Assembly: GCA_036339955.1 (NCBI GenBank)
Contig: JAYYZX010000025.1
Location: forward strand, 66,631 to 130,630
DNA length: 64,000 nucleotides
From: Bacteroidota bacterium
GTDB taxonomy: Bacteria; Bacteroidota; Bacteroidia; Flavobacteriales; BACL11
Reading direction: 5' to 3'
Each line of letters opens with the position of its first letter. The first letter of the stretch is position 1. The translations under genes and the position numbers were made by a program. Positions 38,232-46,976 of the stretch are shown piece after piece. The notes beneath the pieces were generated by a model that was not told where the DNA came from, searched no databases, and saw only the letters and a program-made list of their open reading frames with translations.

Positions 38232-38702
38232 ATGCAGAACAACAAAAAAGATATAGAAACTAAATTTCAAAATAAAATACAAAAATACTGTGCTATAGAA
38301 GAAAGATGTGAATTTGATGTTAAAAAAAAGCTTTCGCAATGGGGCGTAACAGAAAACTTTTCTAGATCAATAATTACAGATTTAATTAAAAATAAATTTC
38401 TTGATGAAGAGCGTTTTGCAAAAATGTTTTGCGAAGTAAAATTTCGAACTAGAAAATGGGGTCGTATAAAAATTATTCATGAGTTAAAGAGAAAATATAT
38501 ATCTGAAATTAACATACATAACGGCTTGACTGTTATTAATAAAAGTGATTATATTGAGACTCTCAAAGAATCTCTGCAAAAGAAATCTGAATCTATAAAA
38601 GAGATACATCCATTAAAAAAGAAACAAAAAATTGTAAACTTTTTATTACAAAGAGGGTTTGAGTCTAACTTAATTTGGGATTATATAGATATATATAAGT
38701 AG
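38232..38702 (+). CDS. recX: regulatory protein RecX
   Basis: 156 aa; helical-repeat protein with RecX-like sequence (KIQKYCAIEERCEFDVKKKL..., NFLLQRGF). Confidence 0.8.
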   Translation: MQNNKKDIETKFQNKIQKYCAIEERCEFDVKKKLSQWGVTENFSRSIITDLIKNKFLDEERFAKMFCEVKFRTRKWGRIKIIHELKRKYISEINIHNGLTVINKSDYIETLKESLQKKSESIKEIHPLKKKQKIVNFLLQRGFESNLIWDYIDIYK

Positions 38703-38711
38703 ATAAATACT

Positions 38712-38719
38712 TACTTTTG
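38712..38719 (+). promoter_or_regulatory. -7 box TACTTTTG for prfB
   Basis: TACTTTTG at 38712-38719. The final G is 8 nt from the prfB ATG at 38727. Confidence 0.35.
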
Positions 38720-38726
38720 AAAGATT

Positions 38727-39809
38727 ATGACACTTGACCAAATTGAAAAATTAGTACTAAGAAAAGAAAAACTATATCAATTTCTTAGCATCGAAAAAAA
38801 AGAAGCTGAACTCGAAGAATTAGAACGTAAGAGTCAAGATAATACTTTTTGGAATGACACAAAAAAAGCACAAAAAGTCATAAAAAAAATTAACACCTTA
38901 AAAATCTGGATTAATGCTTACAAAGAAATAGAAGTTAGCATCTCTGATTTAACAATTTTTCTTGACTTTTTCAAACAAGGAGAGATAACTGAAGTAGAAG
39001 CTTTAGAGCATTATCAAAAAACTAATTCTATAATAGAAGATTTGGAATTTAAAAATATGCTCAGCAGTGAAGAAGATAATATGTCGGCTATATTAACTAT
39101 CAATCCAGGAGCTGGAGGAACAGAAAGTCAAGATTGGGCAGAGATGATAATGCGCATGTATATAATGTGGGGAGAAAAGAATAACTATAAAGTAAAAGAG
39201 CTAGATTTACAAAAAGCAGATGTGGCAGGAATCAAATCTGTAACTTTAGAATTTCAAGGAGAATTTGCATTTGGACATTTAAAAGGAGAAAACGGAGTTC
39301 ATAGATTAGTAAGGATATCCCCTTTTGATTCTAACGCTAAAAGGCATACGTCTTTTGCTTCTGTTTTCGTTTATCCTTTAGTAGATGATGACTTTGACAT
39401 AGAGATAAATCAAGCTGAGATTTCATGGGATACATTCCGAGCTGGGGGTGCTGGCGGTCAAAGTGTAAATAAAGTTGAAACAGCCGTTCGGCTAAAACAT
39501 GAACCTTCTGGAATTATTATTGAAAATTCAGAAACAAGATCGCAACTTGATAATAAAACAAAAGCATTACAGCTTCTGAAATCACAATTATATGAACAAG
39601 AGATAAGAGCAAGACAAGAAGAAAAAGACAAAATAGAAGGAAATAAAAAGAAAATTGAATGGGGTTCTCAAATAAGAAATTATGTTCTACACCCATATAA
39701 AATGGTGAAAGACTTAAGAACAAATTTTGAAAGTAAGAACCCTCAAGCAGTATTAGATGGAGAATTAAATGCATTTATTAAAGCTTATTTAATGGAATAT
39801 GGATCCTAA
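38727..39809 (+). CDS. prfB: peptide chain release factor 2, single uninterrupted ORF with no programmed +1 frameshift
   Basis: 360 aa; SPF tripeptide ([18 protein letters not shown]) and GGQ motif ([12 protein letters not shown]). Codons 20-21 read CTT AGC where the canonical frameshift site has CTT TGA. Confidence 0.95.
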   Translation: MTLDQIEKLVLRKEKLYQFLSIEKKEAELEELERKSQDNTFWNDTKKAQKVIKKINTLKIWINAYKEIEVSISDLTIFLDFFKQGEITEVEALEHYQKTNSIIEDLEFKNMLSSEEDNMSAILTINPGAGGTESQDWAEMIMRMYIMWGEKNNYKVKELDLQKADVAGIKSVTLEFQGEFAFGHLKGENGVHRLVRISPFDSNAKRHTSFASVFVYPLVDDDFDIEINQAEISWDTFRAGGAGGQSVNKVETAVRLKHEPSGIIIENSETRSQLDNKTKALQLLKSQLYEQEIRARQEEKDKIEGNKKKIEWGSQIRNYVLHPYKMVKDLRTNFESKNPQAVLDGELNAFIKAYLMEYGS

Positions 39810-40155
39810 AAAAATACAAATATTACATAATTCTAGATGTAGAAAAAGTAGAGAAACACTAGCTATAATAGAAGAGAGTAGCTGCCAAGTAAACATTATT
39901 GACTATTTAAAAAATCCTTTATCAAAAAATGAGTTAAAAAAGATTATAAATAAGCTAGATATCAAACCAATAGAACTAATAAGAAAAGGAGAAAAAATAT
40001 GGAAAGAAAAATTTAAAGACAAAGACATGCATGAAGAAGAAATAATAGAATGTATGGTAAAATATCCTATTTTAATTGAAAGGCCAATAGTTGTAAGTAA
40101 TAATAAAGCAATAATAGGTCGACCTCCAGAATTGGTGGTCAAATTGCTTGTTTAA
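39799..40155 (+). CDS. ArsC/Spx/MgsR family protein (YffB-like)
   Basis: 118 aa; N-terminal [13 protein letters not shown] thioredoxin-like motif of the ArsC family; overlaps the prfB end by 11 nt. Confidence 0.8.
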   Translation: MDPKKIQILHNSRCRKSRETLAIIEESSCQVNIIDYLKNPLSKNELKKIINKLDIKPIELIRKGEKIWKEKFKDKDMHEEEIIECMVKYPILIERPIVVSNNKAIIGRPPELVVKLLV

Positions 40156-40298
40156 GAGGGGATCTGATCATTATCTAATTTTCCCTCCTTAAACCAAACT
40201 AAAACAAGAGATGGAAGAACGAAAGTTGCTAAGAAAATAATGCACCAAAAAGCCATTAAAAAAACAAACAAAAAGATTAAGAAGCCTAAAAATTTCAT
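40152..40298 (-). CDS. possible small two-TM membrane protein
   Basis: ORF track 40152..40334 (TTG start). The ATG at 40296-40298 gives [49 protein letters not shown] TAnnTTTG box (plus strand CAAACATA, 40332-40339) lies upstream. No family recognised, so it could be spurious. Confidence 0.3.
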   Translation of the reverse strand: MKFLGFLIFLFVFLMAFWCIIFLATFVLPSLVLVWFKEGKLDNDQIPS

Positions 40299-40358
40299 AT
40301 TCATTAACTTTGCAGTGCAAATTAACAACAACAAACATAACTATCAAAATATTTTCTT

Positions 40359-41744
40359 ATGAAATATAGAATAGAAAAAGACACAATGGGAAAAATAAAA
40401 GTTCCTGCAAAAAAATACTGGGGGGCACAAACCGAAAGAAGTAGAAATAATTTTAAGATAGGTGCAGAAGCGAGTATGCCTCTAGAAATTATTTATGGTT
40501 TTGCATATCTAAAAAAAGCTGCTGCACATACAAATGCAGAATTGGGAGTGCTTTCAAAAAAGAAAAAATCTTTAATCTCTAAAGTATGTGATGAAATTAT
40601 AAGGGGTGAACATAATGCGGAATTTCCTCTTGTAATATGGCAAACAGGATCTGGGACTCAATCCAATATGAATATAAATGAAGTTGTTGCAAATAGAGCC
40701 CATGTGATTAATGGAGGGTCTTTAAGCGATGAAAAGAAAGTTCTTCATGCAAATGATGATGTAAATAAATCTCAAAGCTCAAATGATACATATCCAACAG
40801 CTATGCATATTGCAGCTTATAAATTACTTATAGATAGTACAATACCAGCACTTAAAAAATTAAGAGATGTACTAAAGAAAAAATCTGGGGATTTTAAAGA
40901 TGTAGTAAAAATTGGGAGAACACATCTAATGGATGCTACCCCATTAACACTAGGACAAGAATTTTCTGGCTATACCTCACAAATTGAGCATGGAATAAAA
41001 GCATTAAAAAATACATTATCACATTTATCAGAATTAGCCCTTGGAGGGACTGCAGTAGGAACCGGTATTAATACACCTAAAGGATATTCTAAATTAGTAG
41101 CAAAAAAAATTGCCGATTTTACAAAACTTCCTTTTATAAGTGCAAAAAATAAATTTGAAGCATTAGCTACTCATGATGCAATGGTAGAGAGTCATGGAGC
41201 ATTAAAACAAATAGCCGTTTCATTAAACAAAATTGCTAATGATATTCGTCTTCTAGCTTCTGGACCAAGAAGTGGAATTGGAGAAATAATAATTCCAGCC
41301 AATGAGCCAGGATCTTCTATTATGCCAGGAAAAGTAAATCCAACGCAATGTGAGGCATTGACTATGATCTGCGCACAAGTAATGGGGAACGACACTGCAA
41401 TTACTGTTGGTGGAGCACAAGGACATTATGAACTTAATGTTTTTAAACCTTTAATTGCAGCAAACTTTCTACAATCTGCAAGGTTGTTAGCAGACGCATG
41501 TAATTCTTTTAATAAAAATTGTGTAAAAGGGATACAGCCAAATCATAAAAATTTAAAACTGAATCTTGATAATTCTCTAATGTTAGTAACAGCTTTAAAT
41601 ACTAAAATTGGATATGAGAAGGCTGCAGAGATCGCAAAAAATGCACACAAAAATGGGACTACATTAAAAGAAGAAGCTATAAAGCTAGGATATGTCTCTG
41701 AAGCAGAATTTAATAAGTGGGTAAATCCAAAAAATATGTGTTAA
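40359..41744 (+). CDS. fumC: class II fumarate hydratase
   Basis: 461 aa; fumarate lyase signature [11 protein letters not shown]. Confidence 0.95.
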   Translation: MKYRIEKDTMGKIKVPAKKYWGAQTERSRNNFKIGAEASMPLEIIYGFAYLKKAAAHTNAELGVLSKKKKSLISKVCDEIIRGEHNAEFPLVIWQTGSGTQSNMNINEVVANRAHVINGGSLSDEKKVLHANDDVNKSQSSNDTYPTAMHIAAYKLLIDSTIPALKKLRDVLKKKSGDFKDVVKIGRTHLMDATPLTLGQEFSGYTSQIEHGIKALKNTLSHLSELALGGTAVGTGINTPKGYSKLVAKKIADFTKLPFISAKNKFEALATHDAMVESHGALKQIAVSLNKIANDIRLLASGPRSGIGEIIIPANEPGSSIMPGKVNPTQCEALTMICAQVMGNDTAITVGGAQGHYELNVFKPLIAANFLQSARLLADACNSFNKNCVKGIQPNHKNLKLNLDNSLMLVTALNTKIGYEKAAEIAKNAHKNGTTLKEEAIKLGYVSEAEFNKWVNPKNMC

Positions 41745-41746
41745 AT

Positions 41747-41774
41747 AAAAAAACCCTCTATATAGAGGGTTTTT
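41747..41774. terminator. bidirectional intrinsic terminator between fumC and the six-gene secreted-protein operon
   Basis: Perfect 16-nt palindrome CCCTCTATATAGAGGG (41754-41769), flanked by A7 (41747-41753) and T5 (41770-41774). This gives a hairpin plus U-run on either strand. The two gene sets converge here. Confidence 0.75.
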
Positions 41775-41794
41775 TATTTATATATAACTAAGAT

Positions 41795-42460
41795 TTAGTA
41801 CGAAAATAAATAACTCACACCAACTTGCATATTCCTAGTAAAAACGTCAGCATCATCTGACATCGAAGTAAAACCCATGCAATATCTTGCATCTAGAAGT
41901 AGCATATCATTTATCCAGTAAGAGAATCCTATGTTTCCTCCAAATTCGGTCTGTTCAAGACCATCATCATCTGATGAATTTATATCTAGAATTGTCTGCC
42001 CCTGCCACGTGATTTTTACCTCTTCTTTATAATTTGTTCTTATTCCCAAATAAGGTCCAGCATTAATTGAAAATTCATCGGTAACATGAAAATTTCCCAT
42101 GATACCAAGATCTATAAAACCCGCGGATAATTTAGCCTCAAGCTGAGATCCAAGATAATAATAAGTTGCATCTGCAGAAGTAAGTGAACCTTCATATTCA
42201 GCTCCTTTCTGTGTGTAAGTTGCTTCTACAGTATATCTAATTGCTCCATCCCCAAATTGCATAAAAGCTCCAAACATAGGGCCTATAAACATACTTGGTG
42301 CTACGGAAGTAGCTGGGAGGCCTGGCTCAGTATATCCTAGTATATCTGCATCATCACCACCTGCATTTGCCATATTTATTCCTCCTTTTAATCCAAAAGA
42401 TTGTGCGGAGACTCCAAAAGAAAGAAGTCCTGTAAATAATAAGATTATTGTTTTTTTCAT
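41795..42460 (-). CDS. small outer-membrane beta-barrel protein (OMP_b-brl/porin-family-like); island protein F
   Basis: 221 aa. Signal peptide MKKTIILLFTGLLSFGVSA|Q. Mature N-terminus SFGLKGGINMAN and alternating hydrophobic pattern. C-terminal aromatic beta-signal ...VGVSYLFSY. Confidence 0.7.
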   Translation of the reverse strand: MKKTIILLFTGLLSFGVSAQSFGLKGGINMANAGGDDADILGYTEPGLPATSVAPSMFIGPMFGAFMQFGDGAIRYTVEATYTQKGAEYEGSLTSADATYYYLGSQLEAKLSAGFIDLGIMGNFHVTDEFSINAGPYLGIRTNYKEEVKITWQGQTILDINSSDDDGLEQTEFGGNIGFSYWINDMLLLDARYCMGFTSMSDDADVFTRNMQVGVSYLFSY

Positions 42461-42484
42461 AATTCTTGTTTTACTTTTTTAATG

Positions 42485-43582
42485 TTAATCAAAGTTGTTA
42501 ATCCAATGGTATTGCGGCTGAGGTTGATTTTCTCCCCAAGCAACACCTATATCTCTTACTGCTTTAATAGCTTGCTTCTCAAGCTCAACAGCATCATCAT
42601 GTACTTTTAATTTAAAATCCCATTCTCTATCTTCATCAGCTTTTAATTTTCTTTTAATTTGATTTCCTAAAGCCAATGCGTCACTATAGCACTTAGAATC
42701 TGCTGCAACCTCACTTAACCAGCTTCCAGCTCGTCTTGCATCGCCAGAAGACCACGCTCCTTGAGCCTTACCTAAAGCTATAGCGCATCTATGATCTTCA
42801 ATTTTCTTTAATAACGCTTGTGCATCAGCATAACAACTTACATCTGGAAGAATATCTGATAAATAACCTGCAGCTCTATCATAATCATCTTGAGCTATAG
42901 CGGTTCTTGCAGTAGCTATAGCTTCCATACATTCATTCTCCATTTTCATTTTATATACTTTCATTGTAACATCCTGTGCTAGCATGTAACAATCTTTACA
43001 AATCTGTGGTATTGTTACTAAAGTATATATTGCTTCATCAAATTCTTTTCTCCCTGCTGATGCTTCTGCTTCTTTGAGGATAAAATCACATTGAGAATTA
43101 TAATATTCAACTATTTTCTCTCTTGCAGTACTTACAAAACCTTCTATCTCAGGTCTTTTATAAGTAAGCCCTTTTAAAGCCATGATATATGCTTTAGTAG
43201 TTGTTTTACCAACTCCTTTAAGTGAAATTGTAGTGCTCGAAAAAATTTGCTTAGTTGCATTATCTGCCACATATAAGGTTGCATCTAAATTATAGGCATG
43301 CATTGGAGGGGCTGTCGGAGTAATATCCTGTGACATAATATGTACTTTAGGGAACATAATAAATCTATTCCCATAACTAGCCATTCCATTTTTTGATGCA
43401 ATTTGAGCCATTTTAGTTAAAAGTAGTTTCTCAGCAGTCCTTGGCATATCAGGAATATCCCCAACTACTGGACATATTGCTACCCTACCGACATCATCAG
43501 TTTTTCCTAAATCATTCTGAGCATTAACATCCCCAAATAAAAAAAGGAAACCTGATAGAATTAATATAATTGATTTCTTCAT
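42485..43582 (-). CDS. secreted protein of unknown function with three Cys-bracketed helical repeats; island protein E
   Basis: 365 aa. Signal peptide ...FGDVNA|Q. N-terminal ~130-aa module beginning GRVAICPVVGDIPDMP. Three ~50-aa repeats (residues 165-310), each C-x32/33-CY. No family recognised. Confidence 0.75.
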   Translation of the reverse strand: MKKSIILILSGFLFLFGDVNAQNDLGKTDDVGRVAICPVVGDIPDMPRTAEKLLLTKMAQIASKNGMASYGNRFIMFPKVHIMSQDITPTAPPMHAYNLDATLYVADNATKQIFSSTTISLKGVGKTTTKAYIMALKGLTYKRPEIEGFVSTAREKIVEYYNSQCDFILKEAEASAGRKEFDEAIYTLVTIPQICKDCYMLAQDVTMKVYKMKMENECMEAIATARTAIAQDDYDRAAGYLSDILPDVSCYADAQALLKKIEDHRCAIALGKAQGAWSSGDARRAGSWLSEVAADSKCYSDALALGNQIKRKLKADEDREWDFKLKVHDDAVELEKQAIKAVRDIGVAWGENQPQPQYHWINNFD

Positions 43583-43607
43583 AATCTTGTTTTTTAAAAT
43601 TTTAATT

Positions 43608-44570
43608 TTACTTATGTCCTATCCATATTGTATACTCGGTTAAGCCACTTCGCTCTCCTTTAGATTCAAGACCAAAATCTTTAAGATAGTCTCTTAATCT
43701 TTTCCCAAACCTTCCTGCATCTTGTGGTTTTTGCTTCCCATTCTTATCGGTATAGAAATTAGCTATTCGAGTCATCTCAAAAACCATGTAACTCTCAGTA
43801 GCATCACTTAAGTTAAAGTTGTTATTCACTGTATTGTCAGAAACCCAATCTTCAATTACTATCATTAATTCATCATCTCCATAATCTTCAGTTTCTAGAT
43901 CTTCTCCCCAGTCATCCCACACATTAATATTTAAATTAATTTCTCTACCATTTTCATGAATATCAATAAAGTGGTCCATAACTTTATTGCAGAATCCATC
44001 CATATATGAACTTACTGCCTCTTCCATTAACTCAGGTATCCCTGCAGCAAAAGAAGGTTCTCCATTACCAGTAGCTTCTGCAACTAATGTCCCCATACCT
44101 GCATCTAATCCTTCTAAAGTAAACTGGATTGATTTCTTTGGACCGACACGATTGACTGTATAAGTAACCTCCATCCTAATATCTGCTTTTGCAGTCATAT
44201 TTAGCATGTCTGTAGGGCTCAACATTACTGTACCGCCAGTCTTGGTAGACATTCTCATATTTTGATCTGCCATTTTCTTGTCAACCTTATCTAACTGAGC
44301 CTCTAACATTTTCATAGTAAATCCTCTTTGTTTCATTACGCCACTCATTGCAACAAGAACTTGTTTTAATGTTACGTCATCCTCAAATGCTTTTCTAAAA
44401 TTTGGATGATTTTCTATACTCCCTTGATTATTAAAAGTCTTGGTAAACCCATTCTTTTTACACCAGGCCTTACTTGGTACTACCATCACAGATGGTTTCT
44501 TCATCTTTGGTTGCGCAATACTTGTAGCAACAAATAATAGAAGAATTAATAAAATGTTTATTTTTTTCAT
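43608..44570 (-). CDS. secreted protein of unknown function with internal acidic/aromatic block; island protein D
   Basis: 320 aa. Signal peptide ...ATSIA|Q. Mature N-terminus PKMKKPSVMVVPSKAWC. Acidic block WDDWGEDLETEDYGDDELMIVIEDW. No family recognised. Confidence 0.75.
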   Translation of the reverse strand: MKKINILLILLLFVATSIAQPKMKKPSVMVVPSKAWCKKNGFTKTFNNQGSIENHPNFRKAFEDDVTLKQVLVAMSGVMKQRGFTMKMLEAQLDKVDKKMADQNMRMSTKTGGTVMLSPTDMLNMTAKADIRMEVTYTVNRVGPKKSIQFTLEGLDAGMGTLVAEATGNGEPSFAAGIPELMEEAVSSYMDGFCNKVMDHFIDIHENGREINLNINVWDDWGEDLETEDYGDDELMIVIEDWVSDNTVNNNFNLSDATESYMVFEMTRIANFYTDKNGKQKPQDAGRFGKRLRDYLKDFGLESKGERSGLTEYTIWIGHK

Positions 44571-44572
44571 AG

Positions 44573-45052
44573 TTATAAAATATTATCTGTTATTAATTTT
44601 TGTCTCATCCCTTCAACATTTACTCTTACTTTTACCCCATAAACTGTTTGTTGACGAGATTTCTTTCTTGATTTTGGAGATTTTTCAATCTTAATGTAAT
44701 CTTTGTAGTCTTTATTAAAAAACTGATAAACATAAGTTTTATACTTCTCTTTAGCATTAATTTCAATAATTAATGGGTTTATCCTGCAAGATCCTTTGTT
44801 AATCCCATTAAATAGAACATCATTCAGAACATTTCTCTTTGCTTGATCCATAGCTTCTTTCTTCGTGCTCCCTGTTCCCCAGGCTCTGAAGATATAACTT
44901 CCATCTAATTTATCAACCAAACATTCTGTTTTATAATTATAGTAACTTGCTGTATGAGACTGCTTATTACCTCCAAATATCTGAGCATATGAAGGGGCTG
45001 CAACTAAAAAGACTCCTAAAACTAATAGTGATTTAAAAATTTTATTTTTCAT
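44573..45052 (-). CDS. small secreted two-Cys protein, paralog of the upstream gene; island protein C
   Basis: 159 aa. Signal peptide ...APSYA|Q. Shares C..G.Y...AKRN....F.G...G.C...PL and a C-terminal V.V.VN...R..L pattern with protein B. 2-nt gap to protein D. Confidence 0.75.
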   Translation of the reverse strand: MKNKIFKSLLVLGVFLVAAPSYAQIFGGNKQSHTASYYNYKTECLVDKLDGSYIFRAWGTGSTKKEAMDQAKRNVLNDVLFNGINKGSCRINPLIIEINAKEKYKTYVYQFFNKDYKDYIKIEKSPKSRKKSRQQTVYGVKVRVNVEGMRQKLITDNIL

Positions 45053-45069
45053 AATTGTTTTTTTTAAAT

Positions 45070-45591
45070 TTAAAATAAAGAACCAAAACCTTGTATAACT
45101 CCAGCAGCTTCAAGATCTTTTCTTAATAAATCTATATTTACTGCAACATTTAGGCCTACTTTAAACTCTTTTTTACTAATCTTAGTAATGTCTCCTGGCT
45201 CTATACCGCTAGATACCGTAACAAACTTTGTGTACTTACCCCCATCGGCAAAGAAAGATTCGAAGAATTCTTTCTTTTCATTCTCTAAGTTAGGGTTCCG
45301 AGCTAATGGTGGTTTACTGCTACATTTCCCTGCAGATACACCTTTAAAAATAACTCCATGAACTGCATTTCTTTTTGCTTCATCATGAACATAAGCCTTA
45401 GTAGGTTTCTTGGTGTAAGAATATACTTTCAATGAATAAGTCCCTTTCTTTCCTTCTCCAATACATTTAACTTCATATTTCCATTGTTTCGTATTCTTTT
45501 TTGATTTTCTTTTACTACCCCATTGTGCATCAGCACTCATACTGAAAAGCATGAAAAATGCTATTAATGAATATCCTATTGTTTTTTTCAT
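45070..45591 (-). CDS. small secreted two-Cys protein, paralog of the downstream gene; island protein B
   Basis: 173 aa. Signal peptide ...SMSADA|Q. Cys43/Cys90 and AKRN motif align with Cys44/Cys89 and AKRN of protein C. Confidence 0.75.
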   Translation of the reverse strand: MKKTIGYSLIAFFMLFSMSADAQWGSKRKSKKNTKQWKYEVKCIGEGKKGTYSLKVYSYTKKPTKAYVHDEAKRNAVHGVIFKGVSAGKCSSKPPLARNPNLENEKKEFFESFFADGGKYTKFVTVSSGIEPGDITKISKKEFKVGLNVAVNIDLLRKDLEAAGVIQGFGSLF

Positions 45592-45620
45592 ATCTTATTT
45601 ATTATTATTATTGTTATTAT

Positions 45621-46976
45621 TTATTTCATTTGTCGAATTAACATTCCTGGATAATACTTTTTCTTACATTTCTTGAACCATGTTGCTTCAAGAGGTTCGT
45701 CATCTATCTTCTTTTTTACAACATCCTCTACATCTTTCGAGGCATCGGCATCGTTATCTCTAACATAAAACATATTATCCCATATCTTCTTCTTATTAAC
45801 TTTAAGTGTTCCTATCCTTTTATATATCGTCTTGCCAGTTTTCTTGTCTATAGTCTGCTCTAAAACCTCAAACTTCTCTCCCCCTTCAAGGCTTTCTTTC
45901 AAGCCTATCTTTGCAGAACATCTTTTACCTTCAGCCTGATATAAAGGAACCTTAGGCTTAAATACTTCGTTTTCTCTTTGAAGTCTTGAAAATGCTCTAT
46001 CCATAGCTCGTACCGTTGCTTGTGAGAGAATTTCTTCTTGAGTCAAACTTTTTGATGTAATAATTATATCAGTTAACTTAACATTCGAAACAACTCTCTT
46101 AAAGTTTTGCATATCAATAAATTTCAATTGAAAAAGATTTGATTCGTTAAATAATTTAACACGTTTTTCTCGTTCCTCTGGAGTAGTACTTTCATCTACC
46201 CAATAATCATTATAGAAAATTGCTTGTACAGAATCGCTCCAATCTAGCTGATACAAATAACAATCTGTTTCCACTGTATATCCTTGTCTTGCTTTTTCAT
46301 ATAAATCTTTAGCTTTTTTTAATGCTCCACGTTGAAGAAAAAGTGGTGACTCATTTGGTAATGATTCAGCTACTATTTTAGCAAGTTCATATGCAATTAA
46401 AGCTTCTGTTTCATTGTCACGAAAGTCAAAATCATTCACTACAACAAAAGTGCTGCTAATTAACTCAAGACCTGCATCTGCAAGCTGTGTAGAGACAGAC
46501 CTAGATTGAGTTTCTGCTTTTTGGACATCTAACTCACTGGCATTATATTCCCCTCTATCTGCAATTACACTCATATCAAAAGAACCATCATTTGACCGAT
46601 TAAACCATTTCGCAATAAGTTCATTTCCTATCCGAGATGTATGAAAGTATTTGTTAAGCTTTCGATCATTTGATCCTATTTTCTTAAATTTCTTCCTTTC
46701 TTCCTTAGGCATTTCCCCAATCTCTTCTTTCGTTCTTTCAGTAACTTCCATATTCATTACCGTGCCTGCACTTCTAACGTTGTAGTTAAGGTTGTCATAC
46801 TTGTCAGGAAAAGGAGAATTCAAGAATGCAGATCCTATGACTTCTTTATTTGGCATTGATGGATTTTCTGTCATCATCATATGTAGAGAACTTCTTCGGT
46901 ATTTTGGAGCATCTTGTGCAAAAGAAAAGTCTCCAAATAAGAATATAAGAACTCCTAATAAAAAATATTTTTTCAT
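45621..46976 (-). CDS. secreted, highly charged protein of unknown function; island protein A (first gene of the operon)
   Basis: 451 aa. Signal peptide MKKYFLLGVLIFLFGDFSFA|Q. Lys/Glu-rich with no TM segments after the signal. No family recognised. Confidence 0.75.
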   Translation of the reverse strand: MKKYFLLGVLIFLFGDFSFAQDAPKYRRSSLHMMMTENPSMPNKEVIGSAFLNSPFPDKYDNLNYNVRSAGTVMNMEVTERTKEEIGEMPKEERKKFKKIGSNDRKLNKYFHTSRIGNELIAKWFNRSNDGSFDMSVIADRGEYNASELDVQKAETQSRSVSTQLADAGLELISSTFVVVNDFDFRDNETEALIAYELAKIVAESLPNESPLFLQRGALKKAKDLYEKARQGYTVETDCYLYQLDWSDSVQAIFYNDYWVDESTTPEEREKRVKLFNESNLFQLKFIDMQNFKRVVSNVKLTDIIITSKSLTQEEILSQATVRAMDRAFSRLQRENEVFKPKVPLYQAEGKRCSAKIGLKESLEGGEKFEVLEQTIDKKTGKTIYKRIGTLKVNKKKIWDNMFYVRDNDADASKDVEDVVKKKIDDEPLEATWFKKCKKKYYPGMLIRQMK

